64,000 nucleotides of DNA from Rhina ancylostomus. Taxonomy: Eukaryota. A program made the position numbers and the translations under genes. The notes beneath the pieces are model-generated. The model did no database searches. It was given only the letters and a program-made list of their open reading frames with translations, and was not told the DNA's origin. The stretch covers positions 114,726,505 through 114,790,504 of the forward strand of contig JARFYF010000052.1 of NCBI GenBank assembly GCA_030265395.1, given 5' to 3'. This document shows positions 38,570 to 49,865 of this stretch, piece by piece (position 1 is the first letter of the stretch; each line of letters opens with the position of its first letter).

Positions 38570-39640
38570 GAGAAACAGCAACGAGAATGCTGAAAGCCCT
38601 CAGCGGGTCAGGTAGCATCAGTGGGGAGAGAAACAGAGTTGTTTTTTTGGACTTTCCCTCTATCATATTTGATAGGGCTCTCAAGCACATCTCTTATATA
38701 TTTCATACCTCTGCTCTCATCCCCTCTCCTTACTGTCTGCCCCACCAGCCTTTACAGGTCATCTTCTATAATGTTTGCTAGTTCCAGTTGGACTAACCAT
38801 ATCTCCCTCTCCCCTTCACTTTCAGCATTCTATATGGATCACTCTCTCCACAACTCCCTGGTCCACTCTTCTGTCTCTACAAGCCACTCCTCTTCCCATA
38901 ACACTTTCCCATGCAATCATGGAAAATATAACACCTACCCTATTACTGCTTCCATTTCCCACAATCCAGGGACCCAGTAGTTCTTCCAGGTGAAGTAACA
39001 ATTCCCTTACACTTCTTCCAATTTTGAGTATTGAATTTGGTGCTCACCATGTATTCTCCTCTGTGCTGAAGAAAACTAAATGCNNNNNNNNNNNNNNNNN
39101 NNNNNNNNNNNNNNNNNNNNNNNNNNNNNNNNNNNNNNNNNNNNNNNNNNNNNNNNNNNNNNNNNNNNNNNNNNNNNNNNNNNTCCTCTGTGCTGAAGAA
39201 AACTAAATGCAGATTGGCTGAACATTTTGCAGAACGCCTCTGTTTAATTTGTAAGGAAATCCTAAGTTATCAATCGACTCACTTTAATTCTCTGCCTCGC
39301 TCCCAATCAGTCCTCTCAGTCTTCACCCTTCTACGTTGCTGGAATAATGCCCAACATAAGCTAAGGGAACAGCACCTTATCTTCCACCTGGGTATGCGGA
39401 AGTTCTTGGAACTTAATGTTGAATTTAACAGTTTCAGGTTACCACTCCATTTTTCCCCTCCCTCCCTATGGGTGAGTCTGTACCTTTCCATTTCAGTTTG
39501 TTTCAGCTTAGCTTTCAGTCTCCAAATGGTCTGCACCCTATTACAGGCATTCCATTTATTCTCTCCACCCATCTCCTCTCTGCAACTTATAACATGTGGT
39601 TTCTCACTTCTTCGGTTCTGATGAAGGGACCTTGACGTTA
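38570..39640 (+). mobile_element. Penelope-like element 3' part with decayed GIY-YIG endonuclease
   Basis: LHNSLVHS..HNTFPCNHGKYNTYP, then EY*IWCSPCILLCAEE/TKCRLAEHFAERL (decayed GIY-YIG), HFNSLPRS and HKLREQHLIFHLG..LNVEF. A reversed pLTR piece lies at the left end and CTGATGAAGGG at 39618. Confidence 0.8.
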
Positions 39641-40471
39641 TTTACTCCAGGTTATAAAATTGTATTTGTAGAACACTGCTAGAAAGGTCTTTGAGGTAGC
39701 AGTTGTGTGTCTTTTTTTTCTGCATTTATTTTTTGTGATTTTTTTTCATTAATGAAGTTGGAAAAAACATAGTACTCATAAATATTATCACAAATGACCC
39801 ACAATTTAATGTTAATATTTCAAACACAAGCATCTTTAATTAAATTTCCTGAAGCTTCATGGATTTTTGTGGTGTTGCATGTTTAATGTAGAATACGCTG
39901 GGAAGGACTAAAATTGATTGACAGTTTGGCAGGATATATTGTTTAATATGAACAATCATTACTAAACCAGAAATATATCATTACAGAGCCAGTAAATGGA
40001 ATAAGATTCTTATTGAATCATTGTAGAGTAAAATTACATATTTAAGTAATTTATGGAGAAAAATTTGGAATTATATTTCTTTTGTTGCCTTATAAATATT
40101 TTCTAAAACAGAAGCAGTGGTCAAATCAATGGTTGGAAATGCATGGGAAGGAAATGCAATTTCAATTTCTCTCATAGATATGGTCTGATAACTTGTGTAG
40201 AAGACACATCATCCAATTTAAGATGAAGATACATTAAACAGCAACTCAATACAGTTTTGCTTCAGAGGAAGATTATTGTCTTTTTTTGACTATCCTCAGA
40301 TGATTACATTCCACATAGAATTACCATAATACATTTAGGAATTTGAGTTTTGCTTTTCTTTGAGAAGAATAGGTCTGTAGGGAAAGATGAAAATACACTT
40401 TTAAATGTCTGTTTGGTTTATATGTCTTTTCTTGGGTTCTCTGTCTCACTCTTTATACTTACTCCTTGCAG

Positions 40472-40652
40472 GATCTCCAGTGCTCACTGGCACTGGCACC
40501 ATCACATTGATTGTAGATGACATCAATGACAATGTTCCAGCATTCGCTTTCAAAACATACCATGCCACCATCCCTGAGGACGCTCCAACAGGGACTGATG
40601 TTTTGCTTGTCAACTCCACTGATGCCGATGAAGGTTTGAATGCAGTTGTCAG
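40472..40652 (+). CDS. FAT4: FAT4 internal coding exon (181 bp, phase 1 to phase 2), cadherin repeat junction
   Basis: Acceptor ctttatacttactccttgcAG (40470-40471) and donor AG|GTaagg (40653). Translates GSPVLTGTGTITLIVDDINDNVPAFAFKTYHATIPEDAPTGTDVLLVNSTDADEGLNAVV, with cadherin DxNDN, PE and DxD motifs. Closely matches vertebrate FAT4 as recalled. Confidence 0.95.
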
Positions 40653-41997
40653 GTAAGGTCATTGTGTAGCAATTTTTTTTCTCTGCAGCAGCAGAGTACA
40701 AGTAGAATTCTAACTCATTGATGTACCCTGAGCTGAAATGCATTTTACTCATCGGCCTTAAAATTTGATCACATCACCCATGCTATTCAAGCAAAAGACT
40801 GCCCCTAAAGATCCAATAAGACACGTGATATGCTCACCATCTACATCACAAGTATGTTAGCTGCAATGTTGGACTAGAACATGCTCCTGGGTGTGGTTGA
40901 ATTGTCTAACGCTGTTTTCTGTGTTTATTTGGGAACACTCAGATAGTGATACATCTTGATATAAAATGTCAGCTTTTGACATAATGTCTTTATCATGCCA
41001 CATGTGGGTATTCCCTTGGCTGACCAGANNNNNNNNNNNNNNNNNNNNNNNNNNNNNNNNNNNNNNNNNNNNNNNNNNNNNNNNNNNNNNNNNNNNNNNN
41101 NNNNNNNNNNNNNNNNNNNNNNNNNNNNNNNNNNNNNNNNNNNNNNNNNNNNNNNNNNNNNNNNNNNNNNNNNNNNNNNNNNNNNNNNNNNNNNNNNNNN
41201 NNNNNNNNNNNNNNNNNNNNNNNNNNNNNNNNNNNNNNNNNNNNNNNNNNNNNNNNNNNNNNNNNNNNNNNNNNNNNNNNNNNNNNNNNNNNNNNNNNNN
41301 NNNNNNNNNNNNNNNNNNNNNNNNNNNNNNNNNNNNNNNNNNNNNNNNNNNNNNNNNNNNNNNNNNNNNNNNNNNNNNNNNNNNNNNNNNNNNNNNNNNN
41401 NNNNNNNNNNNNNNNNNNNNCTAATGCATTGTTAAAGTGGCAGTATTTACCTGCAATACCAGGTTAGCCTGCAGATGGCAATACTAATGGCCTGTATTGA
41501 TTACAAAACAATCCATTGTGACACAGGTGTTCTGTTGTTGAAACTTTGAAAGTCACATCCAGTCTATGCAACGTACTTCCAAGTCACAAAGGGATTCAGG
41601 AAATCCTAAAATCGGACTGATGTATAATTCAAATGCAGTATTTCATCTTCCTCAACTGATCTATGGAACATATACTTGTGAATTACACAAATATACACAG
41701 AAGTAAAATTGGCAGACAGAAATAGAAATCATCATAAGCTTCTTGGACCAAAGAAAAGTGCAAAATATACACTACATTCCTTTTTAAGCCCCTCTCTTAT
41801 GTTGTTGATGTTCTGAAAATTGAAATTTGGAGCCAATAAGACTTCATTCATGCACATTTAAGTAAACCGTGCTTAAGAATGTACAAATCTTTTTTCACTG
41901 TCAATGGGCAAGTCAGTTGCATTGTTCTAATTTTAGCGGCTTTGAGGTATGAGAAATAGGCCATTAGGTTTAATGAGGAACAGTTGGCCTCACGATC

Positions 41998-42246
41998 TCC
42001 CTGTGACTGCATGAGGTTCCAGTTTACCACCCTCCCCCCCGGCATCCCAATGACGTGTGTTGGTAGGTTAGCTGGTCACTGTAAATTTTCCCTGGTGTGT
42101 AAATCAGTGGCAGGAATTGAAGAAGTTGATAGGACTGTGACAAGAATAAAGTGGGATTGGTGTAAATTGGAAGTTAGGGTTGGTGTAGATTTGGTTGGTC
42201 AAAGGGTCTGTTTCTGTGCTGTAAATCTCTTTGAATCTGTGACTCT
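41998..42246 (+). mobile_element. HE1-like V-SINE fragment with CR1-type tail
   Basis: catcccaatgacgtgtgttggtaggttagctggtcactgtaaatt... with tail aagggtctgtttctgtgctgta, shared with the CR1 end at 24040. Confidence 0.7.
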
Positions 42247-45124
42247 GGGAGTATAGCATTAAGAGTTGGCAGGACTGTAACACTTTCTTTCTGTGTTATT
42301 AACATTTACATAGGTGTATAAGATATTTTTGAAAATCTATTAAACCAGATGTACTGAAATGTGATTACTTTCCTGGCAAAGAACTGTCTCGGGTAAAAGG
42401 AAGCCACTAACTTTGTTTGAAGACAGACACGGAAATTGTTACATGAATCTTTTCACAGCAGAAACATTTTCTAAACATCCTTTCTGTGTACCATTAAAAT
42501 AGTGGATTACAGAGGAGGTGATTAAGTCCCTGGACAAGCTTAGATGCCAGAAATATTGCACCAAGTTTAGTTCTAACACTTATTGTCATGGTGTTTTGAC
42601 GCTATTGGCAACTGCTGTAGCACAATTCATAGCTCTGTTTATTGAACGAGAAAGCAACTACTGTCATTCCCCCATGTAATTTTCAAAAGGATTGGTACTC
42701 CCATGTCAGCTTGAGAAAATGCCGAAGTCCTGAACATCACTTTGACTGCTTTGCTTTGTTGGATTGGAGACGAGTGTCCAGTAGGCCGACTGGGAAATGG
42801 GCCTGTTGTACCTGTTGCAGGTCAGGGATAGATGTAAGGGGTGCTGGCCAGTGAATTGGTGGTTGGGAATAGGGGACAGGCAGACATTGGATATATAATG
42901 GGCATGGCGATAGTAGATCAATGTGGCAGTGGGTGGTGTTGATGAAAGGAGGTTGCTGATCGTGATCAGGGCAGTTTTCAGGAGCCCCAGAGAGAGCCAT
43001 CACTGGCTTTATTCCATTTAAACAGAACCTATCTGAGCTGTTGTCCCAGAACTGGACCCCAAGAATTGCAACCTAATCAAGCAGTAATAGTGAAGCAGGC
43101 CTCACAAGTGCTGTGAAGATCTACAGCATGAGTGTCCTACACTGTCTACAGGCTACTCATGGACAATTAGATTTAGTGGAAGTGGCAACCAAGCATATAG
43201 TGCATCCCACTGGGTCAGTGCACAAGTCAGTGCACTTTCATGTAATGTCAATTGCACAGAAGATGCAGAAGAAAAATCCTCTAAGAAAGGCAGTAGTGAA
43301 TTCAACAGTAAATGAAAATCAAAAAATTGCAGATGTTGGAAATCTGAAACAAAAACAGAAAATGCTGGAAATTCACAGAATTTGTACAATTTGCAGTATT
43401 TCACCAAGATTCAAATATTAGCGATTTTTCATTGATAACAAATCTCTTAGTGAACAAATATATGTCCCTATTTGATCCATTTTCTTGGTAAATGTCAGGC
43501 TTATACCAACTTTTTTTCTGTTGGTAATCTTTACTTCTCTTTGTCTTCTAATAAAGGCATTGATTTGAGTTGTGATTAGCCAGGTCCTAGGCAACCTCCC
43601 ACAACTCACATGTGCAAGGAGTGTGGCAACAACTTCATAGTAATCTGCCGACTCTCATGCATATCTTCTGCTCTGCAACTCAAATATTTTAGTGTCTTTA
43701 GTAATTCATAGCTGTATTCACATTACTCGAAACACATCAGTTACAGAGCATCCATATTAGTCACATAATTTACTGAGTAAACTTCCCAGAATTTAACGTC
43801 ATATTTGTCAGCTTCTTGGCATAAGTCCTTCAAATTAGACCTTTTGTGCCCAAGTTCTGTTGGAATTATGCTGGATCCGATGATTGGTTCATTAATCATC
43901 CAGTGTGCCTGCCTTTAATAGGCATATTATTCTTTCAATAAAACCAAAACTGCTCAGTAGGTAATGCAGTCTCTATGAAGAGAAAAACAGAGTAACATTT
44001 TAAGTTGATGATTTCCGTCAGAACATAGGTTCTGTTCGTTAAATATTGTTTGGAGCTTCCACCATATCTTACTGGATCAGGCAGTGTGCGAGCTAGCCGT
44101 TGATCCCTGAAGAAAGGAGGGCATTCAGAATGTAGGCAAGCAATGTTTTAGTCTTTATTTTTATGAGCCCAGACATACGGATAAAACAGTAGCTTCCTGC
44201 TTTATTTTCCAAGGACCTCCATCCATCCACAACCTTTCCCCAAGAATTTTCTCCACCCAAAGACTGGCAAGATGAAGATAAGCTGCAGTAGGGGGCTGAT
44301 TTGCTATCTTTAAATTGCCAACGACATCTAACCAGACCCCAATGCCATATTTTGCTCAGGCCTGAAGTCAAGTCATTGTGAAAGTTTATATATTGGAAGA
44401 TGATGTTAATATGTCTATTAATTAGTATTTCACATCACACCCTATCAACTCAATGATTTGCCATTCTGCTTAAGGTTTAAGTCTTCACATTAGAAACTTA
44501 ACAGTGACCTCTACAAAGATGCTTATCAAATTATGTAGATTGGAAAAAAAACTGCAGTTATTAAAAATTTGGAATATAACAAAGTTCTGGAACAGACAGC
44601 ATCTTAAATAGTCTTTTTATCAGATACAGAGCAACTTAGCATGCAATTCCAGCAGTTTCTGTTTTTATTACTAATGTTATTAATTATATGCAGGATGAGC
44701 TGGATGGATGTTGAATTATATCCACAAAACTGCCACAGAGGTTTTTGGAATAGTATAAGAGCTTTTAGTTGTGGTTGAGGAAAGGAGTAGAAGTCAGCTC
44801 TCAGGCGGATTATTAAAAGATTGAAGATGAGTGCTGGGATTCTCTTCTGTCATCTTACTGAAAGCAAAATGGAGAATAATGGTAAATGTGAACACAGTGA
44901 TCCTCTTTTGTGTGGGACCCTTCTGCCACTTTAAGTGCCCAGTGAATTCTTGTGGTACTGCAACAGCAGTTCTCTGTGAGCAGCAGGAGACTTGAAAGTG
45001 CCACTGGGAACTTATTGTGCATTAAGGACTATCTGCGTATTTGTTTGTTTCCTGAACACTGTCACTGGAAAGGTAACTTCTGCAGGACTACTGTTTAGTT
45101 TGAAACTGCAAACCTAAGTGTAAC

Positions 45125-45572
45125 TGGTGTAACTCAGTGACATCACTCTTGCCTCCAAGTTGGTCAGTTATGGGTTTAAGTCCTACTTCAGGTACAAAAT
45201 CTAGGTTGACACCCTAGTGCAGTACTGAGGAAGTGTTCCACTATCAGAAGATTGGTGGATGGAGACAAGATGTTAAACTTAGGTTCTACCTGCCTTCTCA
45301 GCTGGATGAAAAGGGTACCAAGGTACTACTTTGAAGAAGAGCAGGTGATTTATTCTGATTACCTTGTTCAATATTTATCCTTGAACCAGCATCACTAAAA
45401 TTGGCTGGTCATTATCACATTCCTATTTACGGGAGCTTGCAATGCCTAAATTGGTTGCCATGTTTCCTTACCACATCATCCACCTTACCACAATGACTAA
45501 ATTTGCTATGAAATGCTTTGAAGCACCCAGAGCTTTTGAGTAGTGCTATATTAATGCAAATCTTTCTTTCTG
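45125..45572 (+). mobile_element. Near full-length Deu-SINE (SacSINE1/AmnSINE1-related)
   Basis: tRNA-like head, gtgcagtactgagg, tttgaagaagagcagg, caatatttatcc, ctggtcattatcacatt, aaattggttgcc, and 3' end gctatattaatgcaaatctttctttc. Confidence 0.8.
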
Positions 45573-47054
45573 TCTTAATGAGTAGAAAATAATGGCGAGT
45601 AATATGGAACTACTAATTGTGCATTCTTAGCAATTTGCAAGAGGATTCAAATGTTAGGAAAAATGTTTCTTTGATGAAAAATTGAAGCAATATTTGGATG
45701 GACTTAAACTTATTTACATCTAAGCCTAAGTAGCCATTGGGTTAATTCATGATTAAAGGCTGAACCATAATAAGAGAAGAAATAACTTTTAGCTAAATAT
45801 TATGCCAGGGATTTTAAAACATATAAGGAATTGACATTCTGCTTTCCAGTATTAATCTGGCGGAGACTCAATGAGAAACTTCTTTCCAAATTCCTAGCAT
45901 TGACTTCAGTAAAATATTTTGCTTAACATTCGTTGTATTTATAATTTAGAGTTACCTGAAATGCACACCTTGCTTCCTAAATCAAAGCATGTGTAACTGA
46001 TTGCCTGTGTTTAACTTTGAAGCTAGAGTGTCTAATGTTAGCCATACTGTTTTCACATGCTTACATAGTTATTTGCTTTAAATCAGTACTCAAACAAGTC
46101 TGCTTTCTTAGGAAATGATGTGCAGAGTTTTCATGGTCGATTAAAGGCACTCTTGGCTCTGAGTCATAGCTTTGGAATCAGTGCTTTATGTTATTTAACA
46201 TCTGGAGACATACATTATTAACCTCTTTGTGGAATGGTGGATAGTGGCTGGAGTGAGTGTAGATTAGACTAATCCTTCAATGAAATGTGTACAAAATAGC
46301 TTATCTGCTGAAAATGTGAATGTAGTCAGTGACTGTTATCCTGTGTATTTAGCCAAACTAAATACACATCTGTGCTCAGCACTTAGCAGTGGTAGATGAT
46401 TATTGGAATTGTTTTGAGTTCTGAAGAACAGAGTAGATCCAACATTCCTGGAGTAGTCCCCTGAATGAATCAGTGAAGAAATGCAGTCCAGAGCTTTAAG
46501 ATGCAGAGAGATTCCCCCATTGTTTTCTAAGTCTCCATTGAATTAGCAGAGCCAGAATAATGAATAGTTTGGCAACAACTAACCAAGGTTAAGAATCTTA
46601 TTCCTGATCCAATCTCCCCTGCTGGAAGATTATTATTTATGAATGCTGGGCAAGCAGCAGTTGAATGGCCTTGCTCATACACACTATCTAAACTTTTGGA
46701 TGAAGGACAGGTTGAGATACAAAAGGTACCGGCATCTGTTAAGCATTATTTTAGTTTTGTTTGGGTATTCAAAAGAAGAGAAAAGAAAGGAACTGATAAA
46801 AACATGATAATTTTTCATAGCAAGTAAAAAGCAACTACCACATGTCAAATAATTGCATCTAAATATCAACTGTAGGAGTTATGTTTTCTTTTGACAGCAA
46901 CTAAGAGTGATATTTAAACCAATAGAAAATGCTTTTGAAAACAATGTATACAACAGTACTCTTTTTTTTGTCATGGTGTCTTTACTTAAGTTGCTCAATG
47001 ATATTTAATCCAGGTGTACTGACTCGATTTCTTTTATTTTCTTTCCACTAACAG

Positions 47055-47305
47055 CTACAGCCTGGTTGGAGGTAACTCCAAGTTTTCCATTAATCCATCC
47101 ACTGGACAAATTATCACAAGTGCTCTTCTGAACAGAGAGACCAAAGAAACATACAATCTTATTGTGGTGGCTACTGATGGAGGCATACCTCAGGCCAAAT
47201 CCAGTTCAGCCATTGTTTCTCTAACAGTTTCTGACATCAATGACAATCCTCCCAGGTTTCATCATTTCCCTTATGTTACCCACATTCCAGCACCCACAAA
47301 TGAAG
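47055..47305 (+). CDS. FAT4: FAT4 internal coding exon (251 bp, phase 2 to phase 1)
   Basis: Polypyrimidine tract ending ctaacAG (47053-47054) and donor G|GTaagc (47306). In frame with the previous exon: (S)YSLVGGNSKFSINPSTGQIITSALLNRETKETYNLIVVATDGGIPQAKSSSAIVSLTVSDINDNPPRFHHFPYVTHIPAPTNEG. Confidence 0.95.
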
Positions 47306-48094
47306 GTAAGCATCTTTATCATAACCACGGTCTGCATTATTTTGTAAGTTAATGTCTAAAATCTGGAGTTTTACTTGCTTATTCTTCCAGTGTTGCGAAT
47401 GATTCACTGCCTAAATGTAACATATAGGGCTACTGTTTCATCAACAAACATGGCTCAAATATAATTGGTGCTACCCTTTTTACAACATGTCAAATAACTT
47501 CTTGTAATTGCAAACCAGGAATCCATTTGATCTCAACAAGAGCAATTGGAAGTTAAAAATAAAATTCAGATCAATAAATAATAGTGTTACACAGTACAAT
47601 CCATACTGATTGAACAAATTGCTGGTCACCAATGTGTTATCCTGTGAACTTATTTTCACATTATAACTGGAGGAATAACATTCAACAAAAAACTTAAAAC
47701 TTACTCAATTTAAAACGTCTTCTTAATTCTTGTGCCATGCCCACATAACCACAATCATGGTTTTAATTAAATGACATGAGATTGAACTTTTCTCTCCCAT
47801 CAAAAGTGAATGAAAATCAGAAACTAAAAGATAAAAATTCATCATCAAGATCCCATTGCCTCCATTCCTGTGATAGATAGCCAATCATGGTTAAAAATGT
47901 AAAACGTTAAATTGTAAGAATCTTTTCTCAAAATTGCTGAGGTTACCTATTTAACTTCTTCAAAATATATCATTAGACTATGAAGCAAAAGCTGTGAATG
48001 CTGAAACAAAAACACAAAACAGTGGAAACATGCAGCAGGCCAGGAAGCATCTGTGAAGAAGCAAGAGGAAAGTCAGATTTACATGGTACTCTTC

Positions 48095-48226
48095 AAGATC
48101 ACAAGATGTCACAAAGTTCTTCACCACTAATATAGTACTTCAAAGTGTAGCTGTGATATAGTGTAGGAGTTGTGGCAAAGAATTTGCCGAGCATGGTCCC
48201 ACAAATAGCAGCATGATCATGAACAG
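48095..48226 (-). mobile_element. Deu-SINE 3' fragment
   Basis: Reverse complement contains gctgctatttgtgggaccatgc...aaatt...ctacactttgaagtact, matching the 3' half of the same SINE family. Confidence 0.55.
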
Positions 48227-49865
48227 GAAACTCTCAGTGCTTTTATTCTGTGCCAGTCCACTGTGCCCTCCATATTTATGTAATAATGCCAAACCAAAGG
48301 GAAACAAGGACTATTCTCTAACCAGATGGCTCTCAACTCCAATGTTCAACTTCTGGTTTAATTCTGAAGAAGTGAAAGGGGGTACTATAAGAGAGTGATA
48401 GAAGGAAGCCCTGGGAGTCAGTTAACATTTATAGATCACTTCAGTCTTATTTTCAACACTGATGCCATCCTCTCAGACAAACAGATAATTCCAAATAGAC
48501 ATTGTTGACTTTATTATATTCTCATATGACTATCATTCTGCAAAACTAACAGCAATTCTCATAATTTCCTATTTGGGTCATTTCAGCTTTACCTTTTATA
48601 ACTGTCTTTTTACAACAGTTTAAAACAACAGATTAAAAAAAAACAAAGGGTGGTAGAAAAGGAATTCAGGCTGTATTTAATCTATAGGCTTGGATAGCAT
48701 AAAAAAATTACTTGACCATTATTCTTAAGATCAACAACATCAACAGCTTCAAATTATGTCTTATTAATAATTCATAATTATCCATTGTGCTGCATAATAT
48801 GCATTCCTTTTAACATTCAGAATCAGAAAAATAACTATTGTGGTCCATTGGGTAGTCTAGGAAGCAATGGCCATCAGCATTCCCATAAAGTATTTTTCTA
48901 AGCATGTTTTATAATATGGGTTGGCAGATTTCATCTGGCTCTGGAACGTAGATTGGCTGCATAGGAACAGATGCTTGATTTTCACTGCAGATACCTAGTT
49001 TTGTATATTTAAATCCTATACACTGGCAAGTTATACACACTAAAACAATGCTCTTTTGTAAAGGCTTCATTGTGTTGGATCTCTGCTTTATGACTCTGCA
49101 CATGAATAAAATTGTCTAGTGCTCAACAGCAGGAGCAATGGAGCAAAATATTTAAAATAATCACCAAAACTCTCTTCTTAAAGATCAAGTTACATGATTT
49201 ATGACAGTCTGGATGTACTCATTTGTGAGTTTAACATGCCTCATTCAACAATTGATTTCAAGCGCCATTCTATTAATTGGAAGCATGTTGGCTTTTTACA
49301 GCAAAGAGACATGGTTCTGATCATATTGTTGCTGATCTCACTGTTTATTGTGGTGTTCAAGGATAAATAATCAGGATGAATTTATTCTTTGCATTCTGAT
49401 GTAAACCTGTATTTCTTTTACAACTGCTGAAATTTTTCTATTGTTTCCAGCATTTGTACAGTGTGCAATGCCCTGAAGATTTTACATATTTATCAAAATG
49501 ATTTCTGGGTTTCCAGAACTGTGAACATCAATTGTATTTGTGACCCTGTTGGCAGTCTTTCTAAAAACCCAGGTCATGCAAGAATTATTTGACTTTTTTC
49601 CAAATCCTTCTTTTGAGCTCGAACATTTCTTTCTAGTGTGCTACAAAATTAATATTATTCAATTTCATGAACTGAATAAAACCAAAAGCAAAGACATAAG
49701 ATTGATAGTAATTGGGATGGTGTGCTGGCAGAAAGAGGTTGACTATAGAGATGCATATTGATTATCTAACACTACCCTTATTTATGACCAAATTTTATGA
49801 CAGGTCAATTTGAATTGTGTGCACATAAATATGAGCTAATATATTCCCCTTCTTCCATTCTGCAG

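Noticed and set aside
40966-41435. ORFs of about 150 aa
   Set aside because: They consist almost entirely of N-gap translation.
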